A program made the position numbers and the translations under genes. The notes beneath the pieces are model-generated. The model had not been told where the DNA came from, did not search any database, and was given only the letters and a program-made list of their open reading frames with translations. 64,000 nt of DNA from Vicinamibacterales bacterium (GTDB taxonomy: Bacteria > Acidobacteriota > Vicinamibacteria > Vicinamibacterales > UBA8438). This document shows, one piece after another, positions 37,821-48,247 of this stretch; the first letter of the stretch is position 1; each line of letters opens with the position of its first letter. Location of the stretch: assembly GCA_965263055.1 (NCBI GenBank), contig OZ253581.1, positions 1,071,794 through 1,135,793 of the forward strand, in the 5' to 3' direction.

Positions 37821-38590
37821 CTACTGTAAATACCTCCATCGTCGAGACGATGTTTGGCAGCATCGTGGACGCTTCCTTCCCGGTGATTGCGTTCCCTCAA
37901 GCTGTCCCTCGTGGCCATCCAGCAGCGTCGGCGTATCCCGCTGCAGCAGAACGGACCGCCCGAGCACCAGCGCGTCCATGCAGGTCGCCATGAAGCAGCG
38001 CCAAGCGTCATCGGGCGTCCGGACGATCGGCTCGCCCCGAACGTTGAAGCTGGTGTTGACCGTGACGGGGCAGCCGGTCTTCGCTTCGAACGTCCGCAGT
38101 AGCGTATCGAACCGGCCGTGCCGCGCGGCATCGACCGTCTGCAGACGGGCCGAGTAGTCGACATGCGTCACCGCCGGCACGTCGGAGCGGACGGCGCGTA
38201 GGCGGTCGAACCCCTGCCGGCCGTCGCCGTCCACCGGCCGCCTCCGCGCCTCGGCGACCGGCGCGACGATCGACATGTAGGGACGGTCGTCGTCCGGGCG
38301 CAACAGAAAGTAGTCGCTGCACCGCTCCCGCAGCACCGCCGGCGCGAAGGGACGGACGACTCGCGGAACTTGATCTGCAGGTTCATCCGCGACTGCATCT
38401 TGGGGTCGCGGGGATCGCCCAGGATGCTGCGCGATCCAAGGGCGCGCGGACCGAACTCCATCCGTCCCTGGAACCAGCCGACCACCTGCCCCGCCGCGAT
38501 CAAGTCCGCGACCGCCGCGCAGAGCGCCTGATCGTCGGCGTAGTCGTCGCGGGGCGCGCCCGGGAACGTGCCGGATGGTCGTGACCCTGG
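37821..38590 (-). pseudogene. Carbamoyltransferase (NodU/CmcH family) C-terminal domain only, with a 1-nt frameshift
   Basis: One frame reads VVGWFQGRMEFGPRALGSRSILGDPRDPKMQSRMNLQIKFRES. The next frame reads RPFAPAVLRERCSDYF...VTHVDYSARLQTVD...PVTVNTSFNVRGEPIV. The junction is near 38356, and the N-terminal half of the enzyme is absent. Confidence 0.7.
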
Positions 38591-38667
38591 CGGGCATCGC
38601 GATGCGTCACCTCTGGCTGGCGCGCGACCGCTAGGGACCGGCATCCCCCTACGCGCCGTACTGGAAG

Positions 38668-39150
38668 GTGGCACTGCACGCCGGAATGGCGCTCGCCGGC
38701 CTAGCCGTGATCGGCCGCGTGCTGGCAGCACGTCTGCCCGCTCTGAATCCGCCGCCGCTCTGGCACGACGACCTGGTGTACGTCGCCGTCATCCGGTCCG
38801 AGAGCTTCCTCGACATGGTGACCGCGCCGATCCATGTCGCGCCCGGTCCGCTCGTCCTGTGGCGTGGGATGCACACGCTTATCCCCGATCCTGAATGGGC
38901 CCTCCAGCTCTTGCCGTTCGTTTGCGGCATCGCGGCGATTCCGCTGATGGCGTTCGTCGCCTGGCGGCTGACGGGCGACGACGCCGTGGCGCTGCTGGCC
39001 GGAGCGGTCACGTCGCTGGTACAACTCCTCGCCGACTACACAATACCGCGTGGCGGCCCGCCGGCCGGCTGTGTTGCTGACGCCGCAGGCGCTGATGTCC
39101 TTCCTGAACAGGAAGATTTCGAGGGGAGCGACCTGTACCTTTCTGGATGA
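38668..39150 (+). pseudogene. N-terminal fragment of a GT-C-like membrane protein
   Basis: TM, then PPLWHDDLVYVAVIRSESF, then two or three more TM helices. It then runs into non-membrane sequence before the IS110 remnant. The fragment interpretation is an inference. Confidence 0.4.
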
Positions 39151-39339
39151 CCTTGCGCGGATAATCGCGTAGAGGTCGGGCAGGCCGCCGGGAGCTACCG
39201 GGGAGCGACGTGTGTCTTCGAGCACTGGGTCGGAATTTGTGCCCGGCGGTCCAGCCATCGATGGATGCCCCGTGGGGAGTCTGCGGCGCAGAGCGCCAGT
39301 ACAGGTCTCGGCAGGCATCGTTGGCGCGCCCGTTCGATC

Positions 39340-39717
39340 AACGGCAGACGAGGAGGTGCGGGTTGCAGCTGGGGTGGTTCGTTGGTGTCGACTGGGGTTC
39401 ACAGACGCACCAGGCGTGCGTGACTGATGCGGCCGGGGAAGTGGTCGCAGCGCGGGCGTTCGAGCACGGCGGCCAGAGGCTCTCGGAGATGGCGGACTTG
39501 GCTGTTGTCGATGGCGGGCGGCGAGGCGGTTGCGGTCGGCGTGGCGATCGAGGTGCCGCGCGATCCGGTGGTTGAGAGCCTGATGGAGCGGGGCTTCGTG
39601 GTCCACTCGATCAATCCGAAGCAGCTTGACCGCTTCCGGGACCGTATCTCGCCGGCGGGCGCGAAGGACGACCGTCGGGACGCGCGGGTGCTGGCCGCGG
39701 CGCTGCGCAAGCTCCGG
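39340..39717 (+). pseudogene. IS110-family transposase N-terminal (DEDD) fragment, frameshifted and 3'-truncated
   Basis: One frame reads WFVGVDWGSQTHQACVTDAAGEVVAARAFEHGGQRLSEMADL. The next reads VAVGVAIEVPRDPVVESLMERGFVVHSINPKQLDRFRDRISPAGAKDDRRDARVLAAALR. Similarity stops at about 39717. Confidence 0.7.
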
Positions 39718-39939
39718 TCAACCCCCATGCATTTCTTCTCTGGTCAACCGTCGCCCGACGTTCAGTCTGCCTTGCAGTTCGCGCATTACGTGCACGGCCT
39801 CAGCGGCTTGTCGCTTGCGGCCGACGTAGTCCGCCAGCCACCGGCGGAACTGCTCGTTCAAGGTCGTGCGCTCGCTGGCCGCCCTCTGGCGCGCTGCCTC
39901 GATCAAACCGTCGTCGGCACTCAAGGTGATGTTCTTCAT
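39718..39939 (-). CDS. Ribbon-helix-helix type II antitoxin-like protein (VapB-like), no cognate toxin gene
   Basis: [39 protein letters not shown]...LTREEMHGG. 73 aa. Start is cat 39937-39939. Confidence 0.55.
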   Translation of the reverse strand: MKNITLSADDGLIEAARQRAASERTTLNEQFRRWLADYVGRKRQAAEAVHVMRELQGRLNVGRRLTREEMHGG

Positions 39940-39943
39940 GGGT

Positions 39944-41578
39944 TCAGTGGCGGAAATGCCGCCGCCCGGTGAAGACCATGGCGAGGTTCTGCTCGTCCGC
40001 GGCGGCGACCACGTCGGCGTCCCGCACCGATCCGCCGGGCTGGGCGACCGCCGTCGCACCCGCCTGAGCGATCGCGTCGAGCCCGTCCCGGAACGGGAAG
40101 AAGGCGTCCGACGCGGCCACCGTCCCCCGCAGGTCCGTGCCGGCCTGCGCGGCCGCCTTCATGGTGGCGACGTTCACCGCATCGACGCGGCTCATCTGAC
40201 CCGCCCCCACCGCCGCCGCGCGATCCGCGCGCGCAAAGATCACCGTGTTCGACTTCACATGCGCGCAGACGCGCCACGCGAACCGGAGGGCTGTCCACTC
40301 CGCGGCGGTCGGCGCCCGCTTCGTGACGACCCGGATCGGCTCCCCCGGCACCACCTCGACGCGGTCACCCCATGGCTCGGCGCATTCGACGACGCGGTCC
40401 CGCTCCTGCACCAGCCAGGCGCCCAGGATGGAGCGGACGTCGCGCCGCCCCGCATCGTCGCCGCCGCTGAAGTCGGCCACCACCAGGCGGAGGTTCTTCT
40501 TCTTCGCCAGCACGGCGCGCGCCTCGTCGTCGACGGCCGGCACGACGACGCATTCGATGAACGTCTCCGCGATGGCCACCGCGGTCGCGCCGTCGAGCGG
40601 CCCGTTCAACCCGACGATCCCGCCGAACGCCGACATCGGGTCCACCTCGCGCGCCGTGACGTAGGCGTCGCGCAGGCTTCCGGCCGTCGCCACGCCGCAC
40701 GGGTTGGTGTGCTTGATCACCGCGGCGGCGGGCTCGTCGAACTCATGCGCCAGGCGCGCGGCGGCGTCCAGGTCGAGCAGGTTGGTGAACGACAGCGCCT
40801 TCCCCTGGAGAACTTGCGCACTGCCGAAGCCCCAGCTCCGGTCGGCGTAGAGCGCCGCCCGCTGGTGCGGGTTCTCGCCGTAGCGCAGATCGCGCAGTTT
40901 CGTCGCCCGGAGGTGCAGGTGGTCCGGCGCCACGCCATCCAGCGTCAGCGCGGATCGGGTGAACGACGCGCCGTCCGTCTCGACCGCCTCGAGCGCGGCG
41001 GCGATCGTGGCGTCGTAGTCGGCGGTGTGCGCGAACGCCTTGCGGGCCAGCTCGAAGCGGAACCGCCGGCCGTCCGGGGCGCCACCCGCCGCCGCGGCTC
41101 GCGCGTTCGTCCGGTCGAGCAGGTCGAGCACCCGCGAGTAGTCGCCCGGGTCGACCACGATCAGGACGTCCTCGAAGTTCTTGGCGGCCGCGCGCACCAT
41201 GCTGGGACCGCCGATGTCGATCTGCTCGATCAGGTCATCGACCGATGCGTCCGACGCCGCAGTCTGCGCGAACGGGTAAAGGTTCACCACCACCAGGTCG
41301 ATCGGCGTGATCCCCTGCCCGTCGATGGCCGCGAGGTCGTCCGGCCGGCTGCGGCGCGCCAGGATGCCGCCATGCACCGCCGGGTGGAGCGTCTTCACGC
41401 GGCCGTCCATCATCTCCGGGAAGCCGGTCACCGCGGAGACGCCAGTCACCGCGAGCCCCGCCTCCGCGAGCGCACGCGCCGTCCCGCCGGTCGAAATCAG
41501 TTCCGCTCCCCGATCGATCAGCCCGCGGGCGAAGTCGACCAGGCCGGCCTTGTCCGAAACACTCAGCAGTGCACGCAT
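39944..41578 (-). CDS. purH: Bifunctional AICAR transformylase / IMP cyclohydrolase
   Basis: 544 aa, [20 protein letters not shown]...ELISTGGTA...[13 protein letters not shown], ending in RHFRH. Confidence 0.95.
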   Translation of the reverse strand: MRALLSVSDKAGLVDFARGLIDRGAELISTGGTARALAEAGLAVTGVSAVTGFPEMMDGRVKTLHPAVHGGILARRSRPDDLAAIDGQGITPIDLVVVNLYPFAQTAASDASVDDLIEQIDIGGPSMVRAAAKNFEDVLIVVDPGDYSRVLDLLDRTNARAAAAGGAPDGRRFRFELARKAFAHTADYDATIAAALEAVETDGASFTRSALTLDGVAPDHLHLRATKLRDLRYGENPHQRAALYADRSWGFGSAQVLQGKALSFTNLLDLDAAARLAHEFDEPAAAVIKHTNPCGVATAGSLRDAYVTAREVDPMSAFGGIVGLNGPLDGATAVAIAETFIECVVVPAVDDEARAVLAKKKNLRLVVADFSGGDDAGRRDVRSILGAWLVQERDRVVECAEPWGDRVEVVPGEPIRVVTKRAPTAAEWTALRFAWRVCAHVKSNTVIFARADRAAAVGAGQMSRVDAVNVATMKAAAQAGTDLRGTVAASDAFFPFRDGLDAIAQAGATAVAQPGGSVRDADVVAAADEQNLAMVFTGRRHFRH

Positions 41579-41590
41579 CTTCAGGTCAGG

Positions 41591-42058
41591 CTACGTGAAC
41601 CACGTATCACTCCTGCGCGTACGCAGGAGCCAGAGCAGAGGGAGCCACATCTCGCGCGCGAACGGCACCGGGCGGTCGTCAATCAGCACGTCGCAATCGT
41701 CCTTCGCGCCGACCAGCGCATAGAGCGCATGGAGGGCGTCGACATCGGCCGGATAGAAGCGTGCCCGATGACGCAGATGCTTCCCCTCGCCGGCGGTCCG
41801 ATACTCGGCGGACGCCTTCGCCAGCTCCACGGCCCGCGCATAGTCCTCGCCCTCGAACGGCGGGAAGCTGAGCGTGACGGAGAACGGCCGTTCGGTCCGC
41901 CCGAACAACATTTCGTCAAGGTCGGGATCGAGCGCGGCCAGTTCCTCGTCGGTCGGGTGCTCGGGAAGCTCGGCGTACGGCCAGAACGATTCGCTGGGAC
42001 GGTGTGGGGGCCGTTCGTCCAACGGTGGGCGATCGGGGTCGATCCGGCTGTCGCTCAT
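41591..42058 (-). CDS. Hypothetical protein
   Basis: 155-aa ORF with plausible composition, tightly spaced upstream of purH. No motif recognised. Confidence 0.45.
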   Translation of the reverse strand: MSDSRIDPDRPPLDERPPHRPSESFWPYAELPEHPTDEELAALDPDLDEMLFGRTERPFSVTLSFPPFEGEDYARAVELAKASAEYRTAGEGKHLRHRARFYPADVDALHALYALVGAKDDCDVLIDDRPVPFAREMWLPLLWLLRTRRSDTWFT

Positions 42059-42105
42059 CGCGGGGTCCGGGATCGTACCATACCCATCGGACCCGAGTAA
42101 TCAAG

Positions 42106-43524
42106 ATGCCGTCCAACCCGCGCGTCATTCCGTCGATTGAACAGCTCCGGCAGGAGGAGGCGGTGCGGCGCCTGGAAGCGCGCTATGGGCGCGAAGCGAC
42201 CGTCGCGGCGCTCCGTCACGAGACCGCGGCGTTGCGCGAGCGGCTGACCGGCGGTTCGGGCGGCGGGCCGGCGGACCCCGACGACGCCGCCGCCGTCATT
42301 CTGGCTGGCCTCGAACCGCGTCTGCGCGCCGCGATCGCGCCGTCGCTCCGGCCCGTCATCAACGCCACGGGCGTCATCGTCCATACGAACCTGGGGCGCG
42401 CGCCGCTCGCCCGGGCGGCGCTCGAACGCATCGCGGAGGTGGCGTCGGGGTACGCCAACCTGGAATACGACCTCGCGGCGGGGAAGCGCGGGTCACGCAC
42501 GGTGCATGCGGCGACGCTGCTGACGCAACTGACCGGCGCCGAGGCGGCGGTCGTGGTGAACAACAACGCGGCCGCGGTGCTCCTGGTGCTGGCCGCGCTG
42601 GCGGACGGCCGCGAAGTGATCATCTCGCGCGGCGAGCTGGTGGAAATCGGCGGGGGCTTCCGGATCCCGGACGTGATGCGGCAGTCCGGAGCGATCCTGC
42701 GCGAGGTGGGCACCACCAACCGGACGCGCGCGGCGGACTACGCCGCGGCCATCGGCGAACGGACGGCGCTGATCCTCCGGGTCCACCCGTCGAACTTCCG
42801 GATCGAAGGCTTCACCGAGCGGCCGCCGCTCGCGGAGCTGGCGCAGTTGGGCGCGCGCTTCGACATTCCGGTGGCGGAGGATCTCGGGAGCGGGCGGTTG
42901 GCCGGCGGGGCGGCTGCACGCCCAATCGGTGGCGGGGCGGCCGCCGTCACAATCGGTGACGAGCCGACGGTGGGCGCCAGCATCGACGCCGGCGTGAGTG
43001 TCTGCACGTTCAGCGGCGACAAGCTGCTGGGCGGACCGCAAGCGGGGATCATCGTCGGCCGGCGGGCGCTCCTCGAACGCGTCCGGCGGCACCCCCTGAT
43101 GCGCGCGCTGCGAGTCGACAAGCTGACGATCGCCGCGCTGGAAGCGACGCTGATCGAACACGCCAAGGGTCAGGCGGACCGGACTGTGCCGGTGGCCCGG
43201 ATGATCGCCGCGCCGGTGGAAGAGCTGGCGGCGCGGGCCGAGGCACTGTGCGCGCGACTGAGCGGCGCGGCGGGTCTGCGCGTCGCCGCGGAGGCCAGCG
43301 AAGCGGCCATCGGCGGAGGGAGCACGCCGGGGATCACCCTCGAAAGCCGCGCACTTGTGGTCGCGCCGACCGGCCGGTCGGCGGACGACCTCGCCGCCGC
43401 GCTGCGCGCCAATGAGCCGCCGGTGATCGGTCGGATTGCCGGCGACGCTCTCTGGCTGGATCTGCGCACCGTCCTGCCGGAACAGGACGACGCAGTGGCG
43501 GCGGCGCTGCTACGTCAGGCGTGA
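42106..43524 (+). CDS. selA: L-seryl-tRNA(Sec) selenium transferase
   Basis: From MPSNPRVIPSIEQLRQ..., with NATGVIVHTNLGRAPL and the FSGDKLLGGPQAGIIVG PLP-lysine motif. Start set at ATG 42106. Confidence 0.9.
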   Translation: MPSNPRVIPSIEQLRQEEAVRRLEARYGREATVAALRHETAALRERLTGGSGGGPADPDDAAAVILAGLEPRLRAAIAPSLRPVINATGVIVHTNLGRAPLARAALERIAEVASGYANLEYDLAAGKRGSRTVHAATLLTQLTGAEAAVVVNNNAAAVLLVLAALADGREVIISRGELVEIGGGFRIPDVMRQSGAILREVGTTNRTRAADYAAAIGERTALILRVHPSNFRIEGFTERPPLAELAQLGARFDIPVAEDLGSGRLAGGAAARPIGGGAAAVTIGDEPTVGASIDAGVSVCTFSGDKLLGGPQAGIIVGRRALLERVRRHPLMRALRVDKLTIAALEATLIEHAKGQADRTVPVARMIAAPVEELAARAEALCARLSGAAGLRVAAEASEAAIGGGSTPGITLESRALVVAPTGRSADDLAAALRANEPPVIGRIAGDALWLDLRTVLPEQDDAVAAALLRQA

Positions 43525-43703
43525 ACGTCGGTCGTCGCGCGCCGCTTCGGACAGGCGCCGCACCGGAGCGACTCGCCGTGGGCGTCAAGGGGATCTTCGC
43601 CGCCGCATGAGCCGCGCAGGCAGGGGTAGCGGAAGAGCAGGCCGACCGCCATCGCCAGCATGATGACCGCGATTGCCGCGACGGTCAGCAGAAACAGCCC
43701 CAC
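43515..43703 (-). CDS. nqrM: NqrM-like Na+-NQR maturation protein
   Basis: 62 aa with one TM helix, then RGSCGG...CGACP, a Cys pattern like NqrM/DUF539. Located near apbE and nqr. Confidence 0.6.
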   Translation of the reverse strand: MGLFLLTVAAIAVIMLAMAVGLLFRYPCLRGSCGGEDPLDAHGESLRCGACPKRRATTDVHA

Positions 43704-43804
43704 GTCCTCATCCTACACCCGGCACCATGCCGTGCGCCCTGCATGGTGCGCCGGCGTCCACGCCGGCAACCCTGGAGCCCCATCATCTACAATCCGGACA
43801 GGCC

Positions 43805-44848
43805 GTGACCCGACTCCTTCCCGCGGCAACCCTCGTCTGCTGCCTCACCGCCTGCACCGCCGCGCCGCCCGAGGCGTCCAATCCGCCGGCCCCTCAAACG
43901 CACCGCTTCGGCGGCGACACCATGGGCACCACCTACGAGGTGACCGTGGTCGCGGAGGCGCTCGACGACGCCCGGCTCGCCGCACTCGACACTGCCGTTG
44001 CGGAGGCCCTCGCGCGCATCGACGCGGCCATGTCCACGTGGCGGCCCGAATCCGAGTTGAGCCGCTTCAACCGCGCCGAGACGACCGATCCCTTCCCGGT
44101 TTCCGCGGAGATGGTCACCGTCATCGATCACGCGCTGGCCGTGAGCGCGCTGACCGGCGGCGCGTTCGACGTCACGGTCGGACCGCTGGTCGATGCCTGG
44201 GGATTCGGCCCGCCCGGGCATCCCCCCGCCGCGCCGGCCGAGGCCGACCTCACACGCCTCCGCGAGCAGGTCGGGTGGGAACAGTTGGCGGTGGACGTTG
44301 CGGCGTCAACCATCCGGAAGCGCTCGCCCGGCGTGTCGGCGGACCTCTCGGCCCTCGCGAAGGGCTACGCCGTCGATCGGGTGGCGGAGCTGCTGGAGCG
44401 CGAGGGATTCGCGAACCACCTGGTGGAAGTGGGCGGTGAAGTGCGCGCCGCCGGGTGGAGCGTGCGCGACGAGGCGTGGCGCGTCGGCATCGAGCGACCG
44501 TCCGCCGGACCGCCCGCCGTCCACCTCGCCGTGATGCTCAGCGGGCAGGCTCTCGCCACCTCCGGCGACTACCGCAACACCTATCTCCTCGACGGACAGC
44601 ACGTCTCACACACCATCGATCCCCGCACCGGCCGGCCAGTCGCGCACGCGCTCGCCTCCGTCAGCGTCATCGATCCGCTGTGCGTCCGAGCGGACGCCAT
44701 CGCGACAGCACTGATGGTCCTCGGCCCGGATGCTGGCTACACCCTGGCCGCCGGACAGGACTGGCCCGCGCTCTTCATCGTCCGCCGGCCAGACAGCACA
44801 CTGGAAGAACGCGCCACGCCCGCCTGGGCGCAGTTCACCGCTCCGTAG
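43805..44848 (+). CDS. apbE: FAD:protein FMN transferase (ApbE), lipoprotein
   Basis: GTG 43805 gives VTRLLPAATLVCCLTAC (lipobox). It continues with RFGGDTMGTTYEV and GLSADLSALAKGYAVD-like motifs. The track start at 43673 overlaps nqrM and is less likely. Confidence 0.85.
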   Translation: MTRLLPAATLVCCLTACTAAPPEASNPPAPQTHRFGGDTMGTTYEVTVVAEALDDARLAALDTAVAEALARIDAAMSTWRPESELSRFNRAETTDPFPVSAEMVTVIDHALAVSALTGGAFDVTVGPLVDAWGFGPPGHPPAAPAEADLTRLREQVGWEQLAVDVAASTIRKRSPGVSADLSALAKGYAVDRVAELLEREGFANHLVEVGGEVRAAGWSVRDEAWRVGIERPSAGPPAVHLAVMLSGQALATSGDYRNTYLLDGQHVSHTIDPRTGRPVAHALASVSVIDPLCVRADAIATALMVLGPDAGYTLAAGQDWPALFIVRRPDSTLEERATPAWAQFTAP

Positions 44849-44988
44849 GGCGGGCGCCGTGACCGCCCGGCGGGACGGACATATGGGGAAGGGGCATTCT
44901 GCGACAACGTGTACATTGAATATCTGAAGTTCAAAGTACACGCCCGGCCGAAATGCCCGGATCCACAACATACGAGGAGCGGCTGGTG

Positions 44989-46215
44989 CTACCCGAAGTC
45001 GTCGAAGAGGATGTTGTCCCGCTCCACGCCAAGGCTGTCGAGCATCCGCATGCACGCCGTGAGCATCATGGGCGGCCCGCAGATGTAGTACTCGATGTCC
45101 TCCGGCGCGGGATGGTCCTTCAGGTAGTTCTCGTAGACGACCTGGTGGATGAAGCCGGTGAGGCCGTCCCAGTTGTCTTCGGGCAGCGGCTCCGAGAGCG
45201 CGAGGCGCCACTTGAAATTGTCGTTTTCGGCCGTGATCCGGTTGAAGTCGTCGAGGTAGAACGCTTCCCGCAGGCTGCGCGCGCCGTACCAGTACGTGAC
45301 CTTGCGGTTGGTGTGGACGCGCCGGAACTGATCGAAGATGTGCGACCGCATCGGGGCCATGCCGGCGCCGCCGCCGATGAACACCATCTCGGCGTCGGTG
45401 TCCTTCGCGAAGAACTCGCCGAACGGACCGGCGATGGTCACCTCGTCGCCCGGCTTCAGGCTGAAGAGGTAGCTCGTCATCTTGCCCGGCGGGGTCCCTT
45501 CCGGCGCCCGCGGCGGCGGCGAGGCGATCCGGACGTTCAGCATGATGACGCCCTTCTCCTCCGGGAAGTTCGCCATCGAGTAGGCGCGCGTCACCGGCTC
45601 GTCGAGCACCGCGATGTAGCGCCAGAGGTTGAACTTGTCCCAGTCGGCGCGGTACTCCTCCTCGACCTCGTAGTCGCGATAGTCGTAGGTCCCGGGCGGC
45701 GCCTCGATCTGGATGTAGCCGCCGGCCCGGAACGGCACCTCGTCGCCGACCGGCAGCTCCAGGATCAGCTCCTTGATGAACGTGGCGACGTTGTGGTTCG
45801 ACCGGACCTTGCAGGTCCACTGGCGGACGTCGAAGACCTCCGCCGGGATCTCGATCGCCATGTCCTGCTTCACCTTCACCTGGCAGGAGAGCCGCACGCC
45901 CGAGCGCTCCTCTCCCCGGGTCAGGTGGCTCCGCTCGGTCGGCAGCACCGCGCCGCCCCCGTCGCAGACCGTCACCTTGCAGACGCCGCAGCTTCCCTTG
46001 CCGCCGCACGCCGACGGCACGAACAGCTTGCTGTCGGCCAGGGTGCCGAGCAGCGTGCCCCCCGCCGGCGTGTGGAGCGCCTTCTCCGGATCGCCGTTCA
46101 CGGTGATCGTCACCTCGCCCGTCGCGACGAGCTGCCGGCGCGCCATCATCAGCAGGCCGACGAGCGACACGATGACGAACGAGAACATCGCAACGCCGAG
46201 GGTGACGGTAACCAT
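44989..46215 (-). CDS. nqrF: Na+-translocating NADH:quinone oxidoreductase subunit F
   Basis: N-terminal TM, 2Fe-2S motif [12 protein letters not shown]...C, FAD motif RAYSMAN and NADH motif [13 protein letters not shown]. Start is cat 46213-46215. Confidence 0.95.
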   Translation of the reverse strand: MVTVTLGVAMFSFVIVSLVGLLMMARRQLVATGEVTITVNGDPEKALHTPAGGTLLGTLADSKLFVPSACGGKGSCGVCKVTVCDGGGAVLPTERSHLTRGEERSGVRLSCQVKVKQDMAIEIPAEVFDVRQWTCKVRSNHNVATFIKELILELPVGDEVPFRAGGYIQIEAPPGTYDYRDYEVEEEYRADWDKFNLWRYIAVLDEPVTRAYSMANFPEEKGVIMLNVRIASPPPRAPEGTPPGKMTSYLFSLKPGDEVTIAGPFGEFFAKDTDAEMVFIGGGAGMAPMRSHIFDQFRRVHTNRKVTYWYGARSLREAFYLDDFNRITAENDNFKWRLALSEPLPEDNWDGLTGFIHQVVYENYLKDHPAPEDIEYYICGPPMMLTACMRMLDSLGVERDNILFDDFG

Positions 46216-46217
46216 CG

Positions 46218-46835
46218 CTACAGTTGCACTCCCGCGAAGGCCATGAAGCCGATGGCCATCAGCCCCACCAGCATGAAGGTCAGCCCGAGGCCGCGCAGGC
46301 CGGCGGGCGGGTTCGAGTAGCGCAGCCGCTCGCGGATGCCGGCCAGCGCAACGACGGCGAGCGCCCAGCCGATGCCGGAGCCGAGGCCGAAGACGGTGCT
46401 CTCGGCCAGCGTGTAGCTGCGCTCCACCATGAAGAGCGACGCCCCGAGGATGGCGCAGTTGACGGCGATCAGCGGCAGGAAGATCCCGAGCGCGGCATGG
46501 AGCGGCGGCGCGAAGCGGTCGAGGACCATCTCGACTATCTGCACCATGGCGGCGATCGTCCCGATGTACGACAGGAAGCCGAGGAACGACAGGTCGTACT
46601 CCGCGAGCGACGGATGCAGCCACGCCAACGCGCCCGGGCTGAGCAGCCAGCCGTAGATCAGGTTGTTCATCGGCACCGTGATCGTCAGGACGAAGATCAC
46701 GGCGCCCCCCAGGCCGATGGCGGTGGTCACCTGGCGCGACACGGCGAGGAACGAGCACATGCCCAGGAAGAAGGCGAGCGCCATGTTCTCGACGAAGATC
46801 GACCGGACCGCCAGGCTGAGGTAATGCTCGACCAT
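46218..46835 (-). CDS. nqrE: Na+-NQR subunit E
   Basis: 205-aa polytopic protein with the NqrE/RnfA-family pattern ([15 protein letters not shown]). Position fits the B-C-D-E-F order. Confidence 0.95.
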   Translation of the reverse strand: MVEHYLSLAVRSIFVENMALAFFLGMCSFLAVSRQVTTAIGLGGAVIFVLTITVPMNNLIYGWLLSPGALAWLHPSLAEYDLSFLGFLSYIGTIAAMVQIVEMVLDRFAPPLHAALGIFLPLIAVNCAILGASLFMVERSYTLAESTVFGLGSGIGWALAVVALAGIRERLRYSNPPAGLRGLGLTFMLVGLMAIGFMAFAGVQL

Positions 46836-46850
46836 CTGCTGCGCCCCTCG

Positions 46851-47471
46851 CTACTCCGCTTCCACCTGCTCCGGCTTCCAGGTCCGGATCGCCCAGATCA
46901 GGAGGCCGATGATGAAGAACGCCGCCGGCGACAGCACCATCAACCCGTTCGGCGTGTACCAGCCCCCCTCGCTTGCGAGCGGCAGGACCGTCGTGCCGAA
47001 GACGGAGCCGGATCCGAACAGCTCGCGCAGGAGCGCCGTCACCATCAGGATCAGTCCGTAGCCCAGGCCGTTGCCCAGGCCGTCGATCAGGCTGAGGCGG
47101 GGCGGGTTCTGCATGGCGAACGCCTCGGCTCGGCCCATGATGATGCAGTTGGTGATGATCAGTCCGACGAAGACCGAGAGTTGCTTCGACAGCTCGAACA
47201 GGTACGCCTTCAGCACCTGATCGACCACGATGACGAGCGACGCGATGATCGTGAGCTGCACGATGATCCGGATGCTGGTCGGGATCTGCGACCGAAGCGC
47301 GCTCACCAGCAAGTTGGACGACATCAGCACCGCGACCACCGCCACGCTCATCACCAGCGCGGTGTCCATGCGGGTGGTCACCGCCAGGGCGGAGCAGATG
47401 CCGAGCACCTGCAGCGCGATCGGGTTGTTGTTGAAGAGCGGATCGATGAGCGCGTCGCGCGGCTTCGTCAT
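46851..47471 (-). CDS. nqrD: Na+-NQR subunit D
   Basis: From [32 protein letters not shown]. Start is cat 47469-47471, in ATGA overlap with the nqrC stop. Confidence 0.95.
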   Translation of the reverse strand: MTKPRDALIDPLFNNNPIALQVLGICSALAVTTRMDTALVMSVAVVAVLMSSNLLVSALRSQIPTSIRIIVQLTIIASLVIVVDQVLKAYLFELSKQLSVFVGLIITNCIIMGRAEAFAMQNPPRLSLIDGLGNGLGYGLILMVTALLRELFGSGSVFGTTVLPLASEGGWYTPNGLMVLSPAAFFIIGLLIWAIRTWKPEQVEAE

Positions 47472-48247
47472 CCCGCCAGCTCCTCCCGTCGCAGCCGATC
47501 GAGATACGGACCGAATCCCTCGACGTCCAGCCAGAAGCGGAGCATGTTGGTGACGCCGCGGCTGGTCATGGTCGCCCCCGCCAGGCCGTCCACCCGGTAC
47601 GGGTCGTCCGCCGGCGGACCGGCCAGCCCCTTGATGACCGCGATCTCCGGCGTGCCGTCGGGGCCGAACGCCCTCCGCCCGTCCCAGAGCGCCTTCCAGC
47701 GCGGGTTGTCCACCTCGCCGCCGAGGCCGGGCGTCTCCTTGTGCTCGTAGTAGGTGAGGCCGCGGATCGTCTCGAGGTCGGCGTCGATCGCCACGAAGCC
47801 GTAGAGGATCCCCCAGAGGCCGAGGCCGTGAACCGGCAGCACCACCAGGTCGAGCTCGCCGTCCGCCCCGATCAGCTCGTAGACCAGCACCTCGTCCGCG
47901 ACGCGCATCAGCCCGGCGTTGTTCGGCGGCGCATCCTCGCTGAGGTCCGGGTCGGCCGCCGCGAGGCGCCCATTGAAGCCGACCGGGTCGGTGCCCGACT
48001 CCTCGCCCGTCCGGCGATCGATCACCACCTGGCGGATCGGCGCGAACCGCTCGGCGATCTGCTCCTCCGACAGCGACTCGTCCGAGTCGGCCAGACCCGC
48101 GGCGACCAGGACGTTCCGCTGCATGTCGAGCATCTGGTTCGCTTCCTGCCGGTCGCGCAGGGTGACGGCGGACGACGACACCACGATGGCGCACACAACG
48201 CAGATGATCGCAGCGAAGACCAGGTTGTAGACGACGCTACCCTGCAT
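47468..48247 (-). CDS. nqrC: Na+-NQR subunit C (FMN-binding)
   Basis: 259 aa with an N-terminal [11 protein letters not shown] and the flavinylation site [12 protein letters not shown]. Confidence 0.9.
   Translation of the reverse strand: MQGSVVYNLVFAAIICVVCAIVVSSSAVTLRDRQEANQMLDMQRNVLVAAGLADSDESLSEEQIAERFAPIRQVVIDRRTGEESGTDPVGFNGRLAAADPDLSEDAPPNNAGLMRVADEVLVYELIGADGELDLVVLPVHGLGLWGILYGFVAIDADLETIRGLTYYEHKETPGLGGEVDNPRWKALWDGRRAFGPDGTPEIAVIKGLAGPPADDPYRVDGLAGATMTSRGVTNMLRFWLDVEGFGPYLDRLRREELAG

Noticed and set aside
44849-44988. Possible bidirectional terminator between convergent apbE and nqrF (GGGCGG...CCGCCC hairpin near 44850-44875).
   Set aside because: The stem is short, there is no flanking U-tract, and it cannot be evaluated without folding energy calculations. 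Not reported as a feature.
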